Assembly (NCBI GenBank): GCA_038087875.1
Contig: CM075991.1
Coordinates: 5,332,112 to 5,396,000, forward strand
Reading direction: 5' to 3'
DNA from: Malacoraja senta
Taxonomy: Eukaryota
Length of the DNA: 63,889 nucleotides
The notes under the pieces: model-generated
What the model saw: the letters and a program-made list of their open reading frames with translations, nothing else
The model's database searches: none
What the model was told of the DNA's origin: nothing
Part shown: piece by piece, positions 25,601-39,100 of the stretch
Position numbering within the stretch: the first letter of the stretch is position 1
Layout of the letters: every line of letters starts with the position of its first letter
Position numbers and translations under genes: made by a program

Positions 25601-26031
25601 TATATATATCCCTATATACCTCCGTATCCCTCCGCTCGGTTCGCACTAACCAACCTGATCTCCCGGTGGCTCAGCACTTCAACTCCCCCTCCCATTCTGA
25701 ATCCGACCTTTCTGTCCTGGGCCTCCTCCATGGCCAGAGTGAGTCCTACCGCTAATTGGAGGAGCAGCACCTCATATTTCACTTGGGTAGTTTACACCCC
25801 AGTGGTATGAACATTTACTTCTCCAATTTCAGGTAGCCCTTGCTTTCTCCCTCCTTCCCTCCCCTACCCAGCTCTCCCACAGCCCACTGTCTCTGCCTCT
25901 TCCTTTCTTCTTCCTGCCCCACCCACCCCCACATCAGTCTGAAGAAGGGTCTCGACCCGAAACGTCACCTATTCCTTCGCTCCATAGATGCTGCCTCACC
26001 CGCTGAGTTTCTCCAGCATTTTTGTCTACCT
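25601..26031 (+). mobile_element. Penelope-like 3' fragment: GIY-YIG C-terminus + pyrimidine tract + hammerhead-bearing pLTR
   Basis: LRSVRTNQPDLPVAQHFNSPSHSESDLSVLGLLHGQSESYR*LEEQHLIFHLGSLHPSGMNIYFSNFR* (stop at 25834-25836), followed by the pLTR. 14-bp TSD TCCAGTATTTTCTG at 25587-25600 and 26032-26045. Confidence 0.88.
25937..25970 (+). ncRNA. Minimal type I hammerhead ribozyme motif in a Penelope pLTR
   Basis: CTGAAGA-A-GGGTC-TC-GACCC-GAAA-C-GTC: CUGANGA box, helix II, GAAA box, palindromic ACGT helix III, GUC cleavage triplet. Helix I is only about 2 bp. Confidence 0.72.
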
Positions 26032-26611
26032 TCCAGTATTTTCTGGCTTGTTCCAGATGTTAAATATGTGGACACTTCTTGTGGATCATCATTTAATGAC
26101 GTACATAATGTCCTATTTGCCTGCTACCAACCTTCAAAGCACATCCCTGGATAGGAGGCACTTTAGCAACATTCCAAGGATGTTAAGATATTTTGTAAAT
26201 CTAAGATATTAAATGTACACCAACATCATGCATGAAAATCAAACACGAGAGAATGAAAATGGGCACAGTAGCCCATTTTAAATACGTCCAACTATTTTTC
26301 CTAAACATATGCGTACCACAGACCTTTTGTCAGATGTTAATTGCTACGTGTTGAGTAGTTTTTCTCTCTCCATCATTCCCAAGTCACTAGCAGGAGCAGA
26401 GCATCACTACTACAAAAATGCATCTTAATGATAATATGGGCAGGATTCCCTTCCAGTGACGTTGTGACAAGACTGCTTTGGAACATTCAGTCATTAGAAG
26501 GGCTCTTGCAGATTAACAGTAACATGCTGTAATTCAAAGTAATTGAACGATCAACAGGCGAGGAACACTGGAGAAACACAGAGGAGTCAAACAGCCTAAT
26601 CCTGCCTCAAA

Positions 26612-26936
26612 TGTAGAAAGGAACTGAAGATGCTGGCTCATACCAAACATATTCACAAAGTGCTGGAGTAACTCAGTGGGTAAGACTGCATCCCTGAAGA
26701 AATAGGTTTGGGTAACGTCCTGACCCAAAATGTCACCCATCCTTTTTCTCCAGAAATGCTGCCTGAGTTATTCCAGCTCAATTCACCTATAATTCTGCTA
26801 AGAAATTGAACTGAAGGGTCCCGACCCGAAATGTCATCTATCCATGTTCTCCGGCGATGCTGCCTGAGCCGCTGAGTTAGTCCCGTACTTTATGCCCTTT
26901 GTTTTGTAAACCAGCACCTGCAGTTCCGTGTTTCCA
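26612..26936. mobile_element. Two degraded Penelope pLTR-derived copies
   Basis: gtagaaaggaactgaagatgctgg...gagttattccagc and ctgaagggtcccgacccgaaatgtc...ccagcacctgcagttcc. Confidence 0.72.
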
Positions 26937-29900
26937 CATTTATGTTCAACAGATGCAGTGCATAAGCATAACTTCACTGCAACACAGACTGTGCGATGCT
27001 AACTGTGTCGACAGGAATAAAACTAGCCATGGTTCTGAAACCTCCCAAGTCAAGCTTCAGAGTGAATGCTTTGACTGCTGTCATGGTTTTAGCCCACACT
27101 GACCTCCATCATTTGTATTGACTTTGAACCTAGGTGGAGCACCTTCATTAGATTTGCTTCATTAGATTGCTGGCAGCACGTTATTGGAAGAAAGGTTTAG
27201 CCACAATGACTGAAGTTGAAAAGTTTTTGTGCAATTCTGAATAACCTTGTGGCGTGAAAGTACATATCAGACATGCATACAGAGAGGGGTCAAGGAGATT
27301 TTCTGTCACTGAACGTAGATACAGATTTGTTGCATTACAATCAACAGGAAATAAAAAAGAACAACAAACAAAATCACAGCACACAGGGATACATGTTTAA
27401 GATGTTTCAGAATCCATTAATCTCCAAATTCAAGGTAAGATAGTGACAGGAAACAAGGCAGCAAGTGAACTACAAGAAGTTGCGGGGGTTTCAATACAAT
27501 AACATTCCTTTCAAGGTGATGACAATAGGTCATTTTCACGTAGAAGCAAAAATGAATTTGCATTCTACTGCACAATAGAAGAATCATGTGATTGGTCAAA
27601 CGTCAACTGAAAAGCCAAGATTGTAGGCAGTCCGAGACTTGAAAAAAACAAGAACACAATAAAAAACCAAGAAGTGTGGAGAGAAAATGCAACATACGCC
27701 TGAAATATTGCAGCATGAAAAAACAATGAACGGCTTTAACAGAACTACCAAAATATTTCATTTTTAACATCAAAGCTGATAGAAATCAAGTGGAGAGGTA
27801 AGTTGAAGAAAATATGTCTTGAAGCAACCAGATGAAATTCAAACACCACACAAGTACAGCCTTTTCAGTCGGCTGGGCCCACTCCACACTGAATTATCTC
27901 AAGGCTGATATGTTGATCATTTAACAAACTGCATTTGAAATGGGTGAAAAGCAGCACTGGATCTCAATGTCCTGTGCACTGGAGGACTGACAGGTGACTG
28001 CATCATTACAAGAGTCAGGTTTTATTAACGTTTGCAGAAATTTTACAGCATTCAAAGAAGGCTTCTATTCATTAAGTTTGGGCGCGTTCTTTGGTCAAAG
28101 ACCAGGATAAATGAAAAAAGTGGTTTGCATCCAGTTCCACCGATTCCCAAATCTGAAACAAACACACGATGCCAGGAATTCACGAAAAGGGATGGAATCA
28201 CGATTTTGAAGCAACTTGATTTAAACATCATCTTTGTAATATATTCCAATCTCATGCAAACAGTACCTCGTATACATTTTTTTCAGAAAAGCTAACTGCA
28301 CTTATGTGAGAGAAATCTGTCCTTAGTCACTCCAAACCATATGTAACTCCAAAACGATACCAATCTAGAATGAAGAATGAAGGGGGACCTGGTAGGGGGT
28401 CGCCAAGAATGAAGGAGGACCCAGTGAAGGGAGGGGGCCACCAAATACAAAGAAGGACCTGGCGGGGGGGCTTGTTGCCACGTGCGGCAGCAGGCAATAA
28501 ATAGATAGGACAGCTCGGTGACAGTTGTATGACTGTCGGCGCCAAAACGTGGCAACACTTGTACTGCCAAGGTGAGGTCTGCTACATGATTTTACCGGGT
28601 TGCATGCAAAACAAAGCATTTCACTGTACCTATGTACATGCGACAATAAAGTATCATTGAATCTACAAATGCAAAATATTGCAGATATTAGAATAACATT
28701 AAAAAAAAACAAGAAAACAGCAATGCGGGTAAAAGGTAATGCCATATGTATTAGTGAAGAATTTAAAGCAACAAGAGTAACGCAGTGCTAAGGACGACCT
28801 TGCATCTTGCACATTTCAAAAACTCAAGATCTCTCTAAATGTTTTAATGCCACCAAGAACATCTGAAGTTTTGCAATGCTAGAACCAAAGTACCCACTTC
28901 ATGCACAAGATCCTTCAAACACCAAATGATAAGTTTGTTTTACTGATGCTGTCTGAGGAGGTAACACTATGTCACACACCTGAATGAATTTCTATCATCT
29001 TTTTCAAGAGTGCAATGTAAACTTTTGAATCAAATTCCAAGAGGGGAAAAATAAATTTAAGGCCATGTATTTTAACAGAGCAACCGAGAACAACTTGGCT
29101 AAATTATGCACATCGCAGAATTATTTAATCTCGCAACTCAGGATCCATCAGTAGGGGGTTAATGAGAATGAAAAATACGCCATATCTTCCAAGTGAAAAT
29201 GCACTTATCTATTGCAATGCAATAAAAATTAGACATCATACCCTACTGTATTATGTATCTTGCAATTGATATCTGAAATGTTGCTCCTCAAATTCTTGGT
29301 AAACAGAACTAAAACTTCCCGCTCAAATTTAACCTTGCATGCTGCTAGGAAAACAGCGTAACCAGAACCTGTTCAGTGGTACAGATTTTTTTTTTGCATA
29401 AAGTGCAAGCAGCTTTATCAGCACTTTATATTCCAGTAGAAAATCAGTAGTGGCTGACCACACAACTATTTTAGCTGAAATGGACAACACACCAGACACT
29501 GCTGGATTGAATCAACTCATTTTGAGTCACCAAAAGTCAACACTTGGATATGTTTCTTTTGCTGAAATTTTCCAGTAGATGCATGTGCGAAATAAAAACA
29601 AATCAGTAACAGTAAATGACGCGTTTAATTTTCAAATACATTTTGGAAAAAGTGTGGATGTTAAAAAATACATAAATCATACACCTTATCCCATGACACT
29701 TCCAAGTAGAATTTACCAATAGTAGCAAAAGATAGGTCAAGAATCCTCTGGCCTTGCAGTCAGGGAACAAATAATAGTAATTCTGAGGAGCAGAGTTAAC
29801 ATTTCAGGTGATCCAAAAGAGCCTGAATTTCAATGACAATCTCTGGAAATGAATGATAGAGGATAATCTTCTTTAGACTCAAGGTTTAAAATATTTAACT

Positions 29901-30074
29901 GTGAATATTATACACAGTATTTTTCATTGTCATTACATAGTTCTTGTTAAAGTGCAAACTTAAGGCCATTATGTAAAAGACTAAACATGATCTACTTTCT
30001 TCAAAAATTAAGCATTTTTAAACTTGCTTTGCAGGTTATGTGCCAGCTATGTCACAATTCTTGGAGTGTAGTTA

Positions 30075-31730
30075 CATAGAAACATAGAAAATATGTGCAG
30101 GAGGAGGCCATTCGGCCCTTCGAGCCAGCACCGCCATTCATTTTGATCATGGCTGATCATCCCCTATCAATAACCCGTGCCTGCCTTCTCCCCATATCCC
30201 TTGACTCCACTAGCCCCTAGAGCTCTATCTAACTCTCTCTTAAATCCATCCAGTGATTTGGCCTCCACTGCCCTCTGTGGCAGGGAATTCCATAAATTCA
30301 CAACTCTCTGGGTGAAAAAGTTTTTTCTCACCTCAGTCTTAAATGACCTCCCCTTTATTCTAAGACTGTGGCCCCTGGTTCTGGACTCGCCCAACATTGG
30401 GAACATTTTTCCTGCATCTAGCTTGTCCAGTCCTTTTATAATTTTATATGTTTCTATAAGATCCCCCTCATCCTTCTAAACTCCAGTGAATACAAGCCTA
30501 GTCTTTTCAATCTTTCCTCATACGACAGTCCCGCCATCCCAGGGATCAATCTCGTGAACCTACGCTGCACTGCCTCAATCACAAGGATGTCCTTCCTCAA
30601 ATTAGGAGACCAAAACTGTACACAATACTCCAGATGTGGTCTCACCAGAGCCCTATACAACTGCAGAAGAACCTCTTTACCCCTATACTGAAATCCTCTT
30701 GTTATGAAGGCCAACATTCCATTAGCTTTCTTCACTGCCTGCTGTACCTGCACGCCAACTTTCAGTGACCGGTGTACAAGGACACCCAGGTCTCGCTGTA
30801 CCTCCCCCTTACCTAACCCCATTGAGATAATAATCTGCCCCCTTGTTTTTGCCGCCAAAGTGGATAACCTCACCTTTATCTATATTATACTGCATCTGCC
30901 AGGCATCTGCCCACTCACTCAACCTGTCCAGGTCACCCTGCAACCACCTAACATCCTCTTCACAGTTCACACTGCCACCCAACTTTGTGTCATCCGCAAA
31001 CTTGCTAGTGTTGCTCCTAATTCCCTCTTCCAAATCATTAATATATATGGTAAACAGTTGCGGCCCCAACACCGAGCCTTGCGGCACTCCACTCGCGATT
31101 CTGAAAAGTACCCGTTCACTCCTACTCTTTGCCAACCAATTTTCTATCCATGTCAACACCCTACCCCCAATACCATGTGCTCTAATTTTAGTCACCAGTC
31201 TCCCGTGCGGGACCTTATCAAAGGCTTTCTGAAAGTCTAGATACACTACATCCACTGGCACCCCTTCATCCATTTTACTTGTCACATCCTCAAAAAATTC
31301 CAGAAGATTAGTCAAGCATGATATCCCTTTCATAAATCCATGTTGACTTGGACTAATCCTTTTACTGCTATCCAAATGCCCCATTATTACCTCTTTAATA
31401 ATTGACTCCAGCATCTTTCCCACCGCCGAAGTCAGGCTAACTGATCTGTAATTCCCCGTTTTCTCTCTCGCTCCTTTCTTGAAAAGTGGGATAACATTAG
31501 CTATCCTCCAATCCACAGTAACTGATCCTGAATCTATTGAACATTGGAAAATGATCACCAATGCGTCCACTATTTCTAGAGCCACCTCCCCGAGGACCCT
31601 GGGATGCAGACCATCAGGCCCAGGGGATTTATCATCCTTCAGTCCCATTAGCCTACCCAATACTATTTCTCGCCTAATGAAAATTTATTTCAATTCCTCT
31701 ACCTCCTTAGATCCTCTGTGCTCCAGTACA
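30075..31730 (-). mobile_element. 5'-truncated CR1 LINE (RT and C-terminus, (TTTCTATG)n tail)
   Basis: ORFs 30809-31660, 30454-30873 and 30167-30406 give KSPGPDGLHP, QHGF, DFQKAFDKV, GVPQGSVLGP, FADD, HLEYCVQFW, TRGHSL. Tail acatagaaacatagaaa at 30074-30090. Confidence 0.93.
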
Positions 31731-31849
31731 TCTTGGAGATAGTTAGAAGTTGAAATAAAATTAGAAAAAAAACGGAATCAGGAAGGATTACAACCAAAAC
31801 ACGATGACGGCACTTGTTTTATTTTCCCAGCCCCAGTAAACTGAGTATT

Positions 31850-32510
31850 AAGGAACAGAAGGATCTGGGTGTAGATCCAGATCTGGGTGTAAGTTCATAG
31901 ATCTCCAAAGGTGGCAGCATGGGTGGACAAAATGGCGAAGAAAGCATTGCAAGATACTGAACTTCATTAGCCTGGGCAGAGGAGCATGGAGATCATGGTA
32001 CAACTTTATAAACTGGTTCAGCCACAGTTGGAATACTGTGCAGCTTTGGCTGCAACGCTACTAGAGGATGCAGGGCAGGTTTACCAGGATGTTGCTTGGA
32101 TGAAACGTTTCTCATGAGACTGGATAGGCCTTCTTTGGAGCTGAGGAGGCCGAGGGGAAACCCAGGAGTGGAATATGGAATTATAAGAAGCACAGGGAGC
32201 GTGGACGGTGAGAAACCATTTCCCATAACAGATACATCAAAAACCAGAGGGCAAAGTATTAAGCTGAAGGGTTCAGGGGAGCTGAGGGAAGGTTTTTTCA
32301 CCTCGAGGGTGGGTGTAAACAACTGGAATGCACTGCCCGAGAAGGTGGCGGAAGGAGAGATTCTTGCAGCATTCAAAAAGCATCGGGATAAGCACTAGAA
32401 CTGGCACGGTACGGAAAGGTTAGGGGCCAACTGCTCATAAATGAGTTTAATTAAGATGGAGACCAGATGGTTGACATGGAGATGATGGCTTGTTTGTGCT
32501 CTATAAGTCT
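31850..32510 (+). mobile_element. Old CR1 3' fragment
   Basis: ORF 32096-32398 ...KTRGQSIKLKG...FFTSRVGVNNWNALPEKVAE, preceded by an LEYCVQLW-like segment. Confidence 0.75.
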
Positions 32511-35500
32511 AGAGAAAAGGTTCATTGAAATTGCATTAATACATCTGTCAGTTCTTTCCCTGAAGCACATCAATAAACCAGATGCTTTTATGACAATCCA
32601 GTAGTTTCATGATCATAATTAATGATTTTAACTTTATTTAATTAGTTAATTGAATTGAAATTGTCTTCCTGACTTTTGGGGATTTTTGCTCCAGTTTGGA
32701 TTTTAATGGATTAATAATCAGTAGTGTCATAACTATGCTCCAATACACCTACACCTAACTATATTAGTAAATATAAACACAATTTAATAGACCTTTTGAT
32801 GTATACTACTTTTGGCAAATATGGACTGTGGCAAGGTCAGTGTATTGAAAAGTCAAAGCCAGTCTCAAGCTGAAATGTCTTGGTACTAGATTGCACAATT
32901 CCATGACAAATAAAAATTGCTTTGTATATAACATGTTTCTTCACCTGAAATCATTATTTCTTGCCATTTTTGAAGTAAAGTATATAGAGCAGTGGAATGC
33001 AATACACATCATGTCCAGGCAAGTATCTGGTACATCCATCACTGATTTTCCAGCACCCTTGGTTCAAGAGCCTTTCTGAATTATCCATTTTGCCAGACTA
33101 ACAGACGTCACGGCCTCCGAGAGGAGTCCAGCGATACCAGAACGGTCTGCCTAGGCCGCCGGGGTGTCAAGATACCGGCCCGCTAAGTCAGCCTCGGAAA
33201 TCGGCTATTGGAACAGATCTGCTGGATCCGGCCGGGCTGGAGTTCCAACCCCCCAGCCACAGGAGGCAAATACGACCCGCTGATCAATGAGGAAGTCCCG
33301 GTGAGGTGAAGATTGGCCACCTCAACCGGCCTAGGTGCCATATGTTCAAGGGAACCTTCGGGGGGGGGGGGGGATTGAAGTGCGCTCTCGTAACTTTGTC
33401 CGGATTAAAGGAGGTGCCGGACCACCAGTTGCTGGAAAAATCGGTGGTGGATCTATATTTGGTGTTGGGGAAAGTGTCACGAGGTTTAGCTGTGCGAAAT
33501 GGAGTTTGTCCCATTCTTTGGTAACACCAGGAAGTTCAAGCAGCTCAGAAATGGCCGTGGGTGTATACCTGGTCCATTAATCTGGTGTTTGTCGAGTGAC
33601 TTCAAGTTGTATTTGTTGTAAAAAGAAAACAATGGCACTGATGTTTCAAAAATTCAACTAAAATTTTAAGGTATTAAATTGAAATGAATATGGAAGAAAG
33701 ATATCTATTAGTAATTAAAGTCTCCGCAAAGGCACCATTTTCTTTTCTTCCAAATATATTTGTATTTCAATCTCAATACAAACTGCTTAAAAATGCGAAC
33801 AAAAATATTCTGATAAGTTCAGAAAATGAATCAATGCTATCTGGCATCTCTGCTGTACACTGTCCATTCATGCAAGCATGGAGTGAGTTTGGCACCAATA
33901 TAATGTATCTTTACCTTGGTCTTTGGGCCGATTCTTCTTCATTCATACACTTTACCTCTCAGTGTTCACGAGCAGAGCTGGCTTTTTCTGTCCTGTAGTT
34001 GACTTTTTATCAACGTGGACTGATCTTGTGAGAGTGCTGCCAAGGTATGTGAGCGTATCCATTACCGAAAGCCTCTGACCATTCCCAAAGATGTTTGGTT
34101 CTATGTTTGGAGTGTGCATTCCAACTGATGAACAGACTGATGAACATCAGGCTGGACAATTTGTACTGATGTACTGTGGGCAATTATCTGAATAGCAGAA
34201 AAATGACTAATCAATCGATATTCCTGTCTCTGAGATTCATCTTAGAAGATAGAGCTGCCAGTACAGTGTTCTTGAAGAGGATCGTTGCACAGCTTGTTAA
34301 AGAGGCTTTGGTTAATGTGTAATGTGAGGTAGTTGCCGCGCTCTTCGAATAAACACTGATGACTCTGATGGTGGTGATCATCCCGTCAGGCTCAAACCTG
34401 GGCACATTTAGACACTTCATGCTCTTTTCTCAACCTATGTAATTTTAATCAGCTTGTCATGTACGGACTCTTGGACAAAGCCTTATACTTTACAACTCAG
34501 ACCCTCCCTTTTCTGCCCAGGAGCAATACATCAGTCATTAATAACTATCTTTGAAAGATGCAGGAGATGACAAGTATTCTAAATTTTGAGAATTACTCAT
34601 CTTTGACCTGTTCCTCCAACAACCTGAGCACTTACTTCATGCTGACATAAATCATAATAAGATGTCATCTACACAGTAAATAATATCTGCATTAAGATTG
34701 ATATGGTGTTGCCAATATTAACTTTGTAATATGATAGACAAACCAATGATCAGAGAAAAACTAGAACAAATCACAAAGAAACATTACTATTGCAACGGTT
34801 AAGAAACATTTAGACAGGTACATGGATAGGATAGGTTTAGAGGAATATGGGTCAAACACAGGCAGAAGGAACTAGTATAGATGGGACATGTTTGTCGGTG
34901 TGGGTAAGGTAGGCCAAAGGGCCTGTTTCCATGTTGTATGACTCTACAGCAAAACAATGGCTGCATTTGCAACTAATCTCGCAGCAAAAAACCCTTGCCT
35001 GTGAACTAAGGCAGACTTTAACTGCATTGACTGGCTCACATCATTTTCAGTGGCAACTGGTGCCAAAGCAAAATGAGTCAATGAATATCATACTTGTATC
35101 TAACAATGCTTTCATCACGCAAGCCCACTTTACAGAGGATTAATATGACCTTTCGTCATGAGCAGCACAAGCAGTTACTTGTGCAAGCAACAAGCTCTAA
35201 CAAAAACAGGCATTGTGGAGGCTGTGTATTTAGGCCCTTCAGGATATTATTATAGAATTACGCTATTAATGACTAAGAGATGTTGCACACCTTTTCTAGA
35301 GGGGAAAAAGTCACTTCTATGTATTATTTACTTTGATGTTTTAACCAAATTGTTTTATTCTGGAAAAACAAAACAATAAAACAAAAGAAATTCAACGTAC
35401 CATTCTTGGTGCTTAAACTTCATGTCATTTAAAGGAGTAAATTGCATTCATACTCTGTCACAAAATTGCATTCATACTCAATTCTCTACCACAGAAGGCT

Positions 35501-36002
35501 GTGGAGGCCAAGTCAATGAATATTTTTAAGCAGAGATGGATAGATAGATTCTTGATTAGTAAGGGTGTCCGGAGTTATGGGGAGAAGGCAGGAGAATGGG
35601 ATTCGGAGGGAGAGATAGATCAGCCATGATTGAATGGTGGAGTAGACTTGATGGGCCGAATGGGGATATCCAATATTCCGCACCATTTTAAAGTCAGAGT
35701 TGCAATGCTGGAAGCACAGCAACCAGTTTGCCCGTGACTAATTCCCACAAAGACAATGATGACCCAGCTGATGTTTCTAATTCATGTTGAGTGAGTGTTT
35801 AATGTTGACCCCAACGAGGGTTAGTGCCAGGGAATCTTTTGCATCCATGCTGGTAAGATGATAAGAGCTCCAGTTTAAAACCTAATTCCAAAGGCATCAC
35901 CTCTAATACCACAGCATTCTTTTGAACCATATTTGTGTGCAGCAGCCTAGAGTTTTGCACTGCTTCTACAGCAGAACTTGAACCAATAATGTTATGAGGC
36001 GA

Positions 36003-36189
36003 CAAAAGTATACAAAGTGCTGGAGTAACTCAGCAGGTCAGACAGCTCGGGAGAATATGGATAGGTGAAGTTTCAGGTCGAGACCCTTCTTCAGACTGAT
36101 TATAGGTGGGCGGGGGGGGGGGGGGAGGTACTCCAGCACTTTGTGTCCTTTTATGTATTAACCAACATCTGCAGTTCTTTGTTTCTACA
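36003..36189. mobile_element. Penelope pLTR element with poly-G spacer and short inverted arm
   Basis: TSD AATGTTATGAGGCGA at 35988-36002 and 36190-36204. Confidence 0.85.
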
Positions 36190-39100
36190 AATGTTATGAG
36201 GCGAGGGCGATACTGATAATACTGTGGCTTTTTGGCACTGTTGACTTCTAACCCTCCCAAAAATTGCACCCTAATTTAGTTGCGAATGCACTCTTCAACA
36301 AAGTGTTACTCAACAAGCTACACTACGCTTGCCTTCACTTGCCCAACTAACTCCTTAGATTTCTACAGATTCCACTTGTAGCGACATGCTTTCATGTGTC
36401 ATACTATTTGCATATTTAAAGGCCACTGCTCCACACAGATACGCCGCCTGTGTAGGGAAAAATACTTAATTGTCCTTATCTAAATACAATCTGAAGTCAA
36501 TTAGCTCAGTAGTTCAAGATTATAGAGAATTTAACATCAGCTTCCGGTTACAGAAAAATTAACATTAACTTCAATGAACGTTCTTTGATGGGGCCAAAAT
36601 AATCATGCATTCGAAAACGGACTTTCTGGGAAACTGGGCATACATTATCATTGGTAAAGATTGTAAATTGTGAAAGAGGTAATTGATTACCTCCGAGAGA
36701 TTCTTATGGCTTTTAGGGTGTTTAATGTGTTGTTAAAAGGGCAATAACCTAAGAATAAGTTTTGACCTCTGACTATGCTCACAATGAAAAATTACCTGTT
36801 AACATGGAGCCGGAATGATGAGGAAATCTTAGAGCAGACCGATCCAAATTATTAACGATACTATTGAAATGCCACAAAACCAAAATTGATTGAAGTGAAT
36901 TTATTCTGAATTTGATGGTTTAAAAATAGAGCAGCTGCCAATGGTTATATGGCAATTATTTATTTGAGTGACGTAGAAACTATGGAACGTAACACTTTGT
37001 TGTTGGGTCAGTGGTTAGTAATGGTGCCCCAGAGCCAGACATTTGTAGTTTAACTCCAGAACCTTGCACCCAGTCAGCATTCATGAGGAACATATTGATA
37101 TTCAACCAAGACTCTATCTGGCTTCCAAGATGGATCTGAAATATCTAATGGCATTCATTCAACAAAGAGCACAGGGGTGGCCACAGTTCCCAAGTTAAAA
37201 TGTACTCATACCATACATAAAACAGATTTCTGGTCATTTTTTCACCATTATTTACACTTTTCCTGTATTACAAGTGAAAACAACACAAATGCTGTAAAGC
37301 ATTATGTAATATCCTGAGATCTTAAAAAGTGCTATATAAGCCCGTCTCAATTTATTCAGTAAATGCAGAGAAGTGATTAAATATTCCACACTTGATCAAT
37401 ATTTTAAATTTGTTTTTTTCAGAAATGGTTTTATCCCAATTCCATTTCATTTTATCTTTTGTGGCCAGGGTAAGCCACTGCATAGTTGGTGGGTAACTAA
37501 AAATCACAGGTTGGTCTTTGAAGATGGTTACTATAGAAAAACAATATAATGCAGAAATAAGTTGAACTTCATGTTTGCAATCGGATACAATGCTGGGAGG
37601 GGAGGTAATTGCCAACTCGAAGTACTTCTCAAAGCCCAATAGAAAGACCACGAACCCCTCCGAAAAAAGAAAAAAATTATCTACTGTAAGTGAAAATACT
37701 TCCACTGAGCCTTAACTCTCCAAGACAAATTATGCCCAGAGGGAATGTTCCACCAGCCTGTCTTAAACTGAAAGCTGTCACAGTTAATAGGCATCAGCAT
37801 CTTCTTCAAGTTTATCGGCCCCACACAACAAGAGCGTTATAATGTCTATACCAACAAGGACATGAGCTGTAATGGTACTTGATATCAACATTGAGACTGC
37901 AATTACAATCAGATTTGAGAGTTAATGCAAACCCTAGCCTGCTTGATGTGTTTCTTTTCAATAAAGAGCCACCAAGAACAGGCAGGGTGTGTGCGTAATG
38001 GATGCAATAGAAACCTATTGCTCCTGTGGAGAAGACAGTAAATATAATTGTCTCCGTTTTTTACAAAAGCTGGTCTCTGCCAAACTGAGTTTACAGCCCA
38101 TGCAAGAGTAATCCTGGATAGAAGCCACATGTGAACATGAACTGAGCTGTTACGCAGCTTTCTCAAAGGGCACAAGAGCCCGAATAAAAGATTTTCCCTG
38201 CTTTATGAAATAAACTTTCCTAGAAATCAACACCAACATTGCTTTCTCTTTTTCATTTGAAGAGTTCCTCTGTTATACCCACTTTTGAATTATGAAGCGT
38301 TGAGACCACCAACTGCTGAATATTACACAGAACAATGCTAAAGCAAGGGAATAGAAGTGTTTCTTTATCTCCAAGGGTGCAAATTCAATACTTGTCCAAT
38401 AATTACAGACCTTCGTTCACCTCTTAATATATAAACTGCCACATTACACTAATTATAGAATTGTTAATCCACAGCGGTGAAAAAGCTTTGCAAACCCCTA
38501 CTTAAGGATTAAGAGAGAGACTAATTTGCCAGGCACACTTGCAATGTTCTCCATGAATTGTAAGTGGGAGGACTCTCTCAGGAATATCCATTCACTGGCT
38601 CCAGCTGGCTGAACTCAAGACCAGTCCTCCCACACTCACGTACATGGAGATCAAATACCACAAAGGCCACACTGGACTATTTGGTAAAAGAGAGAGAGAG
38701 AGAGAATACGAGTGTCGCAAACCCTTAGCTGTTTAAACATGAGGTATACTCTGCCCCACTGTATCAGAAACATGTATTTAATAAGCAATGAGCTGTCACA
38801 AACCAAGCCAATGCACACACTCATTATTTTGTTTCCAGGTAAACACTTGTGGCATCTAATCTAATCTAGATTTTTCCAATAACGTATTAAGCACCAAATT
38901 GCCAGTTCTACGAAACATAAACTCTGCTCATCTCACTGTAGCCACCGCCTGAACCACTGAGCAAGATTTGAGTTTATAAAAATGTCAGGTAAAAAAAAGC
39001 AATCAGTAATTGTATCTTTGATACATTACAACACATTTACCCTTCTCGATTTATGGCAAAGAAAAGAATTATTGGACATTTTGTGTCTTCCTCTACAAAG

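Noticed and set aside
30177..31240. Plus-strand ORFs of 100-178 aa
   Set aside because: Antisense shadows of the minus-strand CR1 ORF2.
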